A stretch of 61,057 nt of DNA, counting the filler, from Sphacelaria rigidula (lineage: Eukaryota): the NCBI GenBank assembly GCA_964200075.2. It is 5 parts of 5 records of this genome, joined end to end, with 100 filler letters (N's around TTAATTAATTAA, not from the genome) between each part and the next. Parts side by side here need not be neighbours in the genome. Positions count along the whole stretch, not along the records: positions 24,469 to 36,600 come from CAXNAA020004092.1; positions 36,701 to 48,829 come from CAXNAA020004093.1; 3 more parts are not named here. One strand, 5' to 3'. The notes below the pieces were generated by a model. It made no database searches. It saw only the letters and a program-made list of their open reading frames with translations, and was not told where the DNA came from. Shown one piece after another: positions 36,420 through 47,495 of the stretch. Both the position numbers and the translations under genes were made by a program. How positions within the stretch are numbered: position 1 is the first letter of the stretch; every line of letters begins with the position of its first letter.

Positions 36420-36600
36420 ATAGCTTGGACGGAGCATGCCGGGTTTTCGCCGGACCAGGCTCGCACTCAAACTCAAACCACCAAGCGCGAAGAGCCGTGG
36501 TGTGCTTGGCGAGTCGAATGAAGGGTAAGCTGCATCCTGCTAAGATTGTTCGGCCTGAAGCCTACGGATTGTCTTGCATTTGGATGGCAGCCTACAATGA
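36420..36600 (+). repeat. Interspersed repeat family C, copy cut by the scaffold end
   Basis: CTGCATCCTGCTAAGATTGTTCGGCCTGAAGCCTAC is identical to the copy near 36055-36090. Confidence 0.85.
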
Positions 36601-36700
36601 NNNNNNNNNNNNNNNNNNNNNNNNNNNNNNNNNNNNNNNNNNNNTTAATTAATTAANNNNNNNNNNNNNNNNNNNNNNNNNNNNNNNNNNNNNNNNNNNN
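36601..36700. other. Artificial scaffold linker
   Basis: N44-TTAATTAATTAA-N44. Confidence 0.98.
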
Positions 36701-37004
36701 TGAAAATTTTTTTTCCGTTGTCGATTTTCAACCCGGGATACCATTATATACGTTACCGCTCGGAAATCGGAAAAAAAAAAAACGAAGACAAGAAAAATTC
36801 CATATATTCGCAACTGTAATTATCCCTCGATATTTTGAGCAGAGCATCAAGAATACGAGGTAAGGCTGTGTCTAAATCGAGACCCGAGAAAATGACGGGG
36901 GAAAATGCTCTTTAGAACGATTGGAACCGCTATTCACAACCTCATCATTTATTTCACGAGAATCATGCACCATTCCTATGGAACGCGAACAAAAAAGAAT
37001 ATGA

Positions 37005-37198
37005 GGCCGTGTCTAAGCATATCATTTTTGCGTCGAAAGAGTGCGGTGGAAAATAAAAATTCCGATCTGATAGGTCGTGATTTCAACCATATTCAAAAAT
37101 AGATTACGATATTTATTTGGAAACACGATCTATCAGATCGGAGTTTGCCTTTTTCGCCGCACATTTTTGATCGAAAAATAATGTGCGAAGATACGCCC
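37005..37198. mobile_element. Tourist/PIF-Harbinger-like palindromic MITE
   Basis: Begins GGCCGTGTCTAAGCA and ends TGCGAAGATACGCCC. Internal arms CCGATCTGATAGGTCGTG / CACGATCTATCAGATCGG. Flanks TGA / AGA. Confidence 0.75.
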
Positions 37199-37505
37199 AG
37201 AGAACGTGACGACGAGACAACAAATAACGATGCACCTCTGGTTTGTGGTTCAGGCCCCATAATGAGCCGAAAAGTAGACACGCGTGGAATCCGTTTTACC
37301 TTGTCTTGAGAATTCTCGACAACAACAGTTTCCTCCGTGCTCAAAGATTGAATTTGTTTTCAGAATGTATATGTGTTCGAGTCCGTTGAGAATAGAGCCT
37401 CAACCATCAGCCGAAACAACAAAAAATGCGGATCAAAATTGTGAAGAGTCACAACCAACCACTCTCGAATTCAAGATTCTATTCTCAATTTGTTTGTCAC
37501 GATAA

Positions 37506-37718
37506 GGGCCTGTCTTAGGGCCTGTCTTAGCACATGAGTTTTCGATCGAAAAAGTCGGTGGAAAACAAAAATCCTGATCTGATAGATCATGATTTCAACC
37601 ATCTTCAAAATAAGCGACGATGGTTACAATTACGACCTATCAAATCAAGATTTTTGTTTTCCATCGCACTTTTTCGATCGAAAACCCATGTGCTAAGACA
37701 GGGCCTAAGACGGGGACC
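37506..37718. mobile_element. Tourist/PIF-Harbinger-like palindromic MITE with doubled termini
   Basis: Inner element 37518-37705 has ~85-bp inverted arms (GGGCCTGTCTTAGCACATG.GTTTTCGATCGAAAAAGT). Flanks TTA/TAA, with extra outer GGGCCTGTCT / AGACGGGGACC. Confidence 0.85.
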
Positions 37719-38561
37719 AAGTAGCCTGATTGAAGCAACAGACAATCACCGTTTCTGTACTTTCAACGAACAGCAGTGTGTGGAATTGCAACTGATATTT
37801 CGTGTACCCATAGCGGAACTGGGGGAGAAGAAGAAATAATCCCCTCGTAAAATTGTCCTTGGTGTGCAGTACAAACATACAAGAAACGCTTGGATTGTAT
37901 CCCGTTCAACTCACGGCTCGACTCAGCCACGATTTGAAATTCGCCTTGTCGCCAGCATCAAGCACGTGTCATGTTCCACTGTACCTGTGTGCTCCTCGAG
38001 CGTCTTGGGCGGGAGCTTCTTCTTTATCATGCTTCTTGGTTAGATAAGACCAACTAACTGGAACGTGGCACATGCACTCACTTGCTTACGCTTGAACCCG
38101 AGCAGCACTGAAAGAGTTCGGAACAAAAATAATTGAGATTATTCAATCATATCATATTGAAGAAAAATAGCTTTCGTCTAACATCTGCGAAACAGCGAAG
38201 TAAGCACGCCAATAAGCGGCCCTGCACCGTGCCCTACAACGGTGCATCTGTAAAACACTTCATTCCTTCATGAGCATTTCCCAACACAACCGGTGACTCC
38301 CTGTCCACTAACCGCATGCCATTCCGATCTGGATCCGATCAAACCACCACATGAACGCCAGACATGCGTACCCCCGGACGCAGACATGTGTTGGATATGC
38401 GAGTACTACGAAGAGATCACAACGAGCATCGACACACAATACTCTCGTAAGGGACATACGACTCTGATTTTTTCCTCTTGTACTACTGCTGCTGCTTGTA
38501 CGCTTCGGGATGCTGGCACAGTGTGAATGAGACATACCGTAACCAACTGTGCTGTGCTCAC

Positions 38562-38708
38562 CTCGTTTCGTTGGAAAAGCAACGAGCTTCCTCCGAAGAA
38601 CGCCGAAGAGCCAGGCGGGATCTTGAACTGGACATTCTTGAAGACCATAGGGCCATCCCGGTCGTCAATGGGAGAGTGGAAGGACGCCAATGAGGTCACG
38701 GTCACGAC
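38562..38708 (-). CDS. Probable exon 2 of a secreted protein
   Basis: Acceptor cttgcccag|GTC and donor GAG|gtgagc. VVTVTSLASFHSPIDDRDGPMVFKNVQFKIPPGSSAFFGGSSLLFQRNE, 49 codons. Phase 0 is compatible with the exon at 42313-42498. Confidence 0.75.
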
Positions 38709-39128
38709 CTGGGCAAGCCCAAGCAACGAAAGGGGGGGGTTGGAGGCGAGAGAATAAGATACGGTAGAATTGAGCATATTATGATCTATCTCACGCCGTC
38801 GTGTGTTTTACAAAACAAAACTATACAGTAAACGAAACAGAACAAGACGCACGAACGGACTGTAGATCAGTGGGTAGACGGGCGTATGATACGATATGGT
38901 TTTGCGTTAAAATCGTGTGTTGTCGTAGGAGGGTGCATGGGCCGGAAGAGGCGTCATCACCTCCTTTTTACTCCCATCCATCATGATAGAACAACGTTTG
39001 CGACGACAGTACACTAAGTAGTACGAGTGCTCCTTCAGACACAACTTGTCCCCCCACCGCTGAGGAGCAGTCAGAAGCGTCAAGATGATGTTTCGTGAGA
39101 AGTCATCACATCTACTCCGCTGCAACTA

Positions 39129-40803
39129 AGTGGAGACAACGTCGCCTCAAACAGTTACTCATGGAGGTTACTAACGGTCGATTTGTCTTTATTTTTTTAC
39201 GACTTCCTTGGGAAAAATGGAGTTTTTCTCCAACCTGGGCCCATTTTCATTTGGTCCACTAACAACATCGACAATTCTTTCGGAGATCTCCGAAATGTTG
39301 GGAGAGGAAAAATACCTGATGATTCTCGAATGCTGGCGAGCGCCACAGCGTTTTCAGGCAGCTCTCCGAATTGCTTCGTTGCAGTTCAAATTTGTGGGAC
39401 TTCTCCAAAAATGAAGGTTCGGAGAAAAAACCCAAGCCGCTTCGTTCTCGAAGAAGTCTGAACCGAGAGTCTGAGGACTCTGAAGAATTTTTATATCTCT
39501 GAATAAAAGCATACCGGTGATAATGGGCCTCATCGACACTGTTTTTTCGGAGACGTCAGAATCTTTCAGACTTTCGGAACTCTGCATTGAGACTTCTCCG
39601 GAGACGAAGCGGCTCGATTTCTTCTCCGAAGCTTCACTCTTGGAGAAGTCCGAAATATTCGGACTTCAACGCAACATTTCGGAGAGTTGCCATGTGTGTA
39701 CGCCGTGGCGCTCGGAAGCTTTCGAGAGTCTTCAGGTACGATCAACAGCCTGGATCCGCTCCTGAGGTTCGACATTTGGGTGAGGTCCAACTCGAAAACA
39801 GTGCTTTGAAATCATGGCCAATGAACTTCATATGGACGACCTCATGCCCCCCGACCTCCTTGAATCTTTTCGCGGGGGTTGCCCGTCTTCCGTGCCCCCA
39901 ACGCGTATATGCGAAATCACCAATTTCGGGCTAAGAACGTCCCCTTTTCCGCCCCGATATCGAGGCGAAAAGGTGCTTTCGCACATAAGCTTTGGGAGCA
40001 TAGAAGACGGGCAACCCCCCAAAATAGTTTGAAGGAGGTCGGGGGGCATGAGATCATCCATATGAGATCCATTGATCATGACTCTAGGTCAGGAAAAGCA
40101 CTGTTTTCGAGTTGAACCTCACCCGAATATTGAACCTCAAGAACGGATCCAGGCTGCTATCCCCAATCCCAAACATTTCGAATATCTTTGAAAAAACAGT
40201 GTCAGGCCGCTCGTTATGGCACACGAAACAAAAATCTAGAAAAATGCCTTTTTGGAGCTTCTACGTCGTTTCACGCCCTCCTGAAAAGGGGCTAGGCGGG
40301 TTTTGATACAATGGAACGCCCTGTTGTACTCGTTGAGACAGTTCCAGCACACCTGTGCGTTTTCTGCTGGCCGCAGTTCTTTTCTTGCCCAAACTTGCAT
40401 TTTCTCGGAGATCGGCCATTTTTCTCGGAGACCGGTCAAGTCCAGACGAATCTCGGAATTTTTTCCGGACTTGACCGGTCTAGGAGAAAAATGGCCGATT
40501 CAGTACGAGAAAAATACAAGTTTGGGCAAGAAAAATACTGCGGCCACCGGGAAATGCACAGGTGTGTTGGAACCGTCTTAACGACTACAGCAGGGCATTC
40601 CAATGTTGTATCAAAATCCGCCCAGCTCTCTTTCAGGGCGAAAAACGACGTAAAAGCTCCAAACGAGCACTTTTCCAGAGTGATAGATCTTTCTGCTACA
40701 AGGAACGGCCTCAAAAATAAAAATGCGGCTCTTCTTACTCCGAAAACAAAATACTGAAAAACAACCCGACGCTACGTCGTAGATCTTCGGAGAAATCTCC
40801 ACT
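39129..40803. mobile_element. Putative non-autonomous DNA element of about 1.7 kb containing two large internal foldbacks
   Basis: TA|AGTGGAGA ... TCTCCACT|TA termini. Inverted arms about 39745-39921 / 39972-40157 and about 40237-40446 / 40464-40680. Many TCGGAG/CTCCGA motifs in 39270-39720. The foldbacks are clear; the outer boundary is tentative. Confidence 0.6.
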
Positions 40804-40837
40804 TACTCAGTCTTTTCTTTCCTTTTTCCCTCACACT

Positions 40838-41130
40838 TTGAACCCCTCCCCTTCCTCGGGACGAGTCCATGGTCTAACAGTCTTCTTGAGGGATCGACAA
40901 ATCTCTCCCCGGTACACACGTCTTGCATTTTGGTCTCGCGGATTGGGTCAGCACTCCCGCACCGCGTCAATTCATCTCACAAACTCAGTCGACTACTTTG
41001 TTTACTCAAGTTCTCACGCTTTCCACGGTGGAAATCATACATTACAAAGAAAGATCCCAACGCATCGGGAATTGAACCCCCGTTCTCTCCACCTTAATGA
41101 CGACATTCGGACCATCACACCACCGAGGCG
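40838..41130 (-). mobile_element. tRNA-derived SINE-like element, family B
   Basis: Minus-strand A-box TGGTGTGATGG (41112-41122) and B-box GGTTCAATTCCC (41067-41078) without a complete cloverleaf. The downstream body is shared with 5320-5450. Confidence 0.6.
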
Positions 41131-42312
41131 CGTCTTGATACAGCACAATCTCGCCGAAACAACACAACTGCACTTTCAGGGCATCAAAGTAGTGATGTAG
41201 ATGCATCTATCTAAGCTACCTGCGGTACCACACACATCCTGGTGGTGCAGGTAGGTATCAACGTCTAGGTGATGATCAGTGACGCACGTGTTCTCCGTAA
41301 CCCTGATTGTTCGATTGATTATCATACATCATTAATTAGCTGATTGCGACAATCCAGCCCGTGGTCGAAATGGACACGGCTCGGTGCGTGCTTGTTATCA
41401 GACATGATTTTGGGGGCAGCAGTCCCGACATGCCTCGACCGGTTCCACCATCGCATCGTTTCTTGTGCTTACGCACGTGTAGATACCTAGCAGCTCTACT
41501 CTGCTTGCTGCGTATCCCACGCTTTTGGCAACGGTTACCTGGTGCCGCTGCCGCGGGCTGTGGAGCCGTGGCAAATTTTGCCGTTCGGGAAAACTCAGTG
41601 GGGAAAATCCCGCCGCATCAGGATTTACTGCCGTCATCATCGTCGAGCGTAAGCAGCAGGTAGGGTAGCAAGACGGTTGCTACCGTATTACTACTGCTGT
41701 TGCTGTTGGTACTACTGCTGTCGACGATGATGCCTTTTTCTACACTGAAGGTGTGCACGTGCAGGTTCGCAGTTCACATACCCGCCCCAGGCCGGGCGGC
41801 CCGGGGAGGGAGAAAAATAATCACGTGTCATCCCTGTACTGAATCTGGTTTGTAACCCAACGTACGCATCAATCAACGCCAACGGCTGGCGTGTGTATAC
41901 AATCGTGATGAGCAAATCGAACACAGCAAGAACAGCATGTACTAGACAGTTTTAAACACCGCAATCCAGTGTGCTTGTTCGACTGGTGATACTGTAAGGC
42001 TGCTATATATCACGGGATCATCATATCTCTACGCATGCCTCCCCAGGGCGCACGAAATGAACAAAACGCCCAGCTGGACAAGCAAATCTCCTCGCCGCAG
42101 GCACCCCGAGATACAGTATAGTGAGATTCGCTCACAATGTAGTCTCCCCAGGCCCGTAGCATTAGTGCATCGCACAGCGCCCGCCGTAGTTTGCAGAAAT
42201 GATGCATCGAGCCTCCTCGTATCGCTGGAGGCAACGAAAACGCCCATGGCGGAGGAGATTGAAAACAACACTAAAACGCGTCATCAACTCTAACGAGTTG
42301 TCCGAAACTCAC

Positions 42313-42498
42313 CTTCCCCTCCTTGCAGATGATGGGAGCCGCAACCAAAATCCTGCCAGAGATCTTAGAAGGCAGATCCCCGCAGCTCTTCACCACCATG
42401 TCGACACTTACTGGGTCCTGCTCGCTCTCGGCCACCGCACCGAATGCGAGAGATAAGGCCCAGCATACCAACACGAGGACAGCTTGAAAGCGCGCCAT
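42313..42498 (-). CDS. Exon 1 of a secreted protein (signal peptide), possibly adhesin/beta-helix type
   Basis: MARFQAVLVLVCWALSLAFGAVAESEQDPVSVDMVVKSCGDLPSKISGRILVAAPIICKEGK|gtgagt. Basic N-region, hydrophobic core, small residues at the likely cleavage site, strong donor. Confidence 0.8.
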
Positions 42499-42589
42499 GC
42501 TGTTCTTGTTATGTTGTGGGTTGTGGGCTGTCAGTGAATGCGACAAGAGCCACAAAACACAACGGGAGCTGTCGCGTTTGTCTGTACGG

Positions 42590-43215
42590 CAGTGTTGAAG
42601 ATCGGTATCGAATTGATTACAAGAAAGATCGCGATCTGAACGATTCCGCAAAAAATCGAAGTAGAAGACGATAATTATTTGTCCATTCCAATTATAGTAG
42701 CATCCAAAGTATCGAGTTTCGATCCTCGATTCTTTTCGATGGATTGGCGCAATTTTCGAAGAACGTGTTCGGGGTGGTCATTTCAGCTACCTCGCCCCCC
42801 CCCTCCCCCCCCCTCTGTTCAAAAAATTACCCGCCTCGTGTATAACTACTGCGCACCTCGTCCTGCTCTGATCAACCTGTTACACCACGAGTTTTTACTG
42901 AAACAGACACAGAAACTGCTGTTTACCCTGTTGGTAAAGCGTAATCTTGTGGATATCTTTGTTCATTGTATATACTAGGACCTGCGCTATTATTGTCGAT
43001 CTATTATCTACTGCACTGCTGATCAGTGTGTGTTGACCGCTCAACTGCATACTCAGGCCGATACAAATGGAGCGGAATATCGAATCGAGATCTAGTATTA
43101 TCGTGCGTTTCGTCCTTTTCTGGACCATCGACAAAAATATCGGCACCACCGCCTTTCCTTGTCGACTTTTAAAAATAGCAATCGAACCATATCCTTCTTT
43201 CGATCTTCAACACTG
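42590..43215. mobile_element. Non-autonomous TIR element, hAT-like termini
   Basis: Perfect 15-bp TIR CAGTGTTGAAGATCG (42590-42604 and 43201-43215). Many subterminal TCGA motifs. TSD is degenerate. Confidence 0.75.
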
Positions 43216-43236
43216 CCCATATGGGCGCGTGTCTCA

Positions 43237-43366
43237 GGGCGTGTCTTCGCACGTTATTATCGATCGAAAATGTGCGGTGAAAACGGGAAACTCCAATCTG
43301 GAGGTCGTGATTTCAACTATCGTAGTTGATTTTGAAGATGATTGAAATCACGACTTATCATATCGG
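43237..43366. mobile_element. Truncated Tourist-like MITE of the 37005/37518 family
   Basis: GGGCGTGTCTTCGCAC...CGATCGAAAATGTGCGGTGAAAA...GGTCGTGATTTCAAC, with a partial return arm. Confidence 0.7.
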
Positions 43367-44439
43367 GTCGAAGGGAAGATCAATCTTCTTCGTGTTTTCT
43401 GAGAATGCACAGTCGCGGTCGTTGTGAAAGGTGTGGTGGAGCGTTGGTTGGTTACGGGTTTAATATGTCGCGTTGGGACTAGCACACGCTGTGCTTGACC
43501 ACATGTGTGTGTTCTTCGTAAGGCCAGATGACTGCAGATCTCCCCCTAATCAAGTTGCACGTACGAGTTCCAACGGCGCCAAGTGGTGCGCGACATTTTG
43601 GATCATTCGTATCTTGGATCTTGGATGCATCGGAATTATCAGAAGGTACTTTCCACAGTAAGTTCCTCCTTTATCCATCAAAACATCATGGTTGAATTTT
43701 TTTCCCCCTTCGTCAAAATATCATGGTTGAAATATATTTCGACGGGCTTGATAGCACCACAGCACCTCAAGCCAAGCAGGTATATACATCGGGCCAGGAG
43801 GGAGCGTGGTACACCTCCGGACAGGTAGCAGGCACCAGTCATGCGAGAGATGGCTTCAGGCCCGTGTTTTCTTGCTGTGGGACGTGAGGAAACAGACCAA
43901 CTGAGGGAAGACACACCCTATTGCCCGCACAGAATTCATCCTGAGGCGGCATAGCGCAGGTGAGATCAGCCTGGGCGTGTAGCGTCTCATGTACCGCACA
44001 CGTCTCTTGCAGCAAACGGAAGCATAGAGCGGGCCTCGGCACGCTGCTTACTCGAACCACCGGATACTAGTTTATGTGCACTATGCCGAGTGTTCGTATG
44101 AAGTGCCGTCATGTATGCTCACCGTAGGCTCATCCTAGCGTCAACAAAATCTGGTTCAAGTTGCAGTTGACGGTGTATAGCACCCCCTCCTGACGTATCA
44201 ACAATGACTATTCAGCAACAAGTAGATATTCGCGAGGCAATGCACCTGCAATTCCGTCGATAGTCCCCTCTATGAACATGGTCTCTCGGAGGTGCAGATA
44301 ATCTTTTCTAGACAAAGTCGGGGTCGACAACCCATCTCGCACAAATGGTATGCTCCCTCAGAATGCTCATAGACCCTTTATCTCGGCAAGCGGGCGGTCC
44401 TGAGCTGCCTGTATTGGCTTTAGTGCCGTGGGTGTACAG

Positions 44440-44730
44440 GATTCCAAGGGTCGGACGAATTCATGATTCGTCCGGAAATTACTTGATTTTAGTGTCATTG
44501 ATTCGTACGGTACGAATCAATCATTTCGCTTTGTTTTCAGCGTTGCAACGTAGGCACGCGAAGCCCAGGCACATGGAATGGCGCAAAAGTTGCGAAGAGA
44601 CCTGTTTGACCAGCGGTTTACTTCTTTCTCTCTTTCGATCAACCAGGCCAAAGAAATCGTGGATTTGGTGATTCGAAACGGCGATGATTTTTCCGAACCG
44701 TGCAGGATTCATCGTCGGACGTCGGCATGG
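44440..44730 (+). repeat. Old dispersed repeat, homologous to 589-905
   Basis: Same collinear blocks as 589-905. Confidence 0.7.
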
Positions 44731-47109
44731 CGGTTGTCACCTAGCAATTTGCATCAGCCATTCCTTGACCATTGACGCGCCCCAGAGTTTCCTGTGCCTG
44801 CTGGAAACGTCGTATCGCATGTTAGGTCATGCCACGGTGGCGGGGGACAAGATATGTCTCAGGTTTAAATCGTTAGGTGTCCCTTACAACAGTACTGTAC
44901 TGTATCTCACCCAAAAAGCGACTACTCGACTACTCGTATGAGGGAGCACGCCACGATTAAAATCCCAATGGGTAGGTGGGGATATTCGAATGAACTTCTA
45001 AACGGAAAAGTCCCGACGATTCATGTTCTTCTGTAGCTCCTAACTCTAGAAGCCCCTCAATGACAAACAAACATCCGGACCCAAATGTGCAACCCGTACC
45101 GTCGCATGACTCTGTTGTCGCGTCAATAACTGTCCTGCGAACGCTTTAAGATCCAACCGTGGAGTTCGACTCCTTGATCATGTGATGAGAACGAATGGAA
45201 AACTCAAACTCAAAACAGTACGCCACAAATCCCAACCATGGTATGTTGCACTCGAGAACACCTGCATCCACTGTATACTTCGTAGTTGATATCGCTCAGT
45301 GTCGTACTACAACATTGGGGGTTTCTGCTACTATGCGATTGTAGGTGTCCCGCCCTCCCTTCAAAGCTACCTCTACGCGTTACCATCGCGCTGCTGTGAC
45401 TGTACTGAGGTGCTTCGTCGTGTACTGTAGCGGCGCGCGGGCGTGGCACACTATACGGTACGGCTGCAGTGTGAGGCACACCGTCGCGAGGCTTGCTACA
45501 GCTGTCTGTTGGAGTGGCACGCTGGTGCTGCTCACGATACTGTTGTGCCCTACCATGCCTTCTAGAGTAACTCTGCTTTGATTCGGAGAACGGATGCAGT
45601 TCGATACCTATCGTCCATGGTATGTGTAAAGCACATTTTCGTATGGTTCTGTAGTTCATGCCACCGGACAAAATCATAGCAACAAACGGCACCTAAATCC
45701 GCCCTTGCTTGGTCATCGTGGACACCCGATCATAATTTGGTACCGAGCAAGAGAGGGTAGCTTCTGGACTACAAACTTGATCCAATACTCACGATTCGTA
45801 CCAAACACATTTCTCTGTGAAGCATAGCACCTGCCCTCGTTTGACACGAAGCTCATGTCGCACATCCAGTGGTTGATTAATCTGTAGATGCTTGACCATC
45901 CTAACGCCCGATCCCCGTCTCTCGTGTTCTTTCGACAGGAGGGTGTGAGTTCGTGATGGACCAGACATGTGTCTTGACGTTGTATGGTTGTCCCGCATTT
46001 GCGTGACGAAGTACATCACCCCTGAATGATTCCATCGTCGCCCTCAAATTTCTCGAACACGAAGCCTCCACATTGGTGAAATATCCATTTGAGTGAAATA
46101 TTCGGGCAATAATATACTCCCGACGATACAGTTTTCAACAACGGCGTGACTGGCACGGTGTACCTAAAAATCGAGGTTGATACTTGTCCGGGGGGTGATG
46201 AACCCCATCGCCGACGATAGACCGCCGGCCAGCCTCGTCTCCTTCGGAGATTGCCGGCTAGATTGCCAACATTCCGTCTCCCTGCTCCTTACACCAGCGG
46301 GGTAAGATACGACAGACAGGTGAAACAGAAAGTTCTTGGAACGGCCGTTCACACCTGATGAGATGTCGTGGGACGGCGTGGATATATCCATGGTGAAGTT
46401 GACGCTTCTTTTATTTTTCGGCATATTGAAGGGGCGTTCTGACCTGAGCATGTATGTGCCCTCGACAGCACGGTGTATGATAGAGACCACGCGCGCATTC
46501 TGTTTTTGGAGTGTCCACGAGAGCCCAAGAGACGTCGTCGATATCTCAAAGCATATGGTGACATGAATGCCGTGATATTTGCCACTTGCTCCAGAGAGCT
46601 AAACTCAACAAGCGTTCATGATAATATGTGTTGTACATTTATTCAGCTCTGATAGCATGCGCGCCTTACAGTACAATGCTCAATGCTTGGAATCCCCGCG
46701 CAAACTGACTGCGCTTCGATGCTACCACCACTTGCGAAGTTGTCAGTTGAGAACTTTATTACTAATAGCCGAAAAAGATTCAACAAATTAGGGGCTTGGC
46801 CATGTATATGAAGAATAGGCGCTCACTCCGAGGTGCCAATAAGTCCAAGAAGCCATCGTATCAGTATGTAAACCGCGGCTACAAATAAGACCGTCATTTT
46901 GTATTTGCCCGAGATTTGCCGAGTATTTGTTGATGATTGCCGATGTTTCATGGCGCAATAAAGCTTTATATATTTTTGTGTTTGATCCAGAAGGCCCCGT
47001 CGTCTTCCAAGGTCTCAGGATGGGCGCTACATCGCGGTAGCAAGGGCGTGCGATGGGAGCAAAATGAAAACGATTTTTTCATATAAATACGCCCCGGCGT
47101 CATATGATC

Positions 47110-47495
47110 GCTCGGACCGATGGCCCAGTTGGTGACCTTGACACTTTCTGGCGGTTGAGACGTGGGTTCGAATTTTGGTGAGATCACATGATCCGGGATT
47201 TTTCTCACATCATGCCAAGTGGAGAGCGATTATATGGCGGGCACACAAAGTTCAAAGTTCGACTTCTCGGTGGACATGGGAAAAGGGGCGGCTGAACCCT
47301 CATCGCGATGAAATACTGTAAAGTGAAACACCGCAGGGTGAAGGTGGAGTGAAACAAAACACACACACTAAAAAGAAAACTCCTGTGTTGACCTTCCTCC
47401 TGTGTGGCCCCGGCTGATGCGTCCGCATAATATGCATATGCCGAAATGTGTAGATAAACGTCCAAAATGGATGGGTTGGTGACACAACACAACAC
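47110..47495 (+). mobile_element. tRNA-derived SINE family A, apparently full-length
   Basis: A-box TGGCCCAGTTGG (47121-47132), B-box GGGTTCGAAT (about 47164-47173), body shared with 14921-15180, ACACAACACAACAC tail. Confidence 0.8.

Noticed and set aside
46500-46566. KDZ-type transposase motif (HESPRDVVD)
   Set aside because: Only a few residues match, and the flanking Cys/His and YD motifs are absent.
47110-47185. Functional tRNA genes (also 41055-41130)
   Set aside because: A and B boxes are present, but acceptor and anticodon stems do not pair, and both run into repeat bodies.
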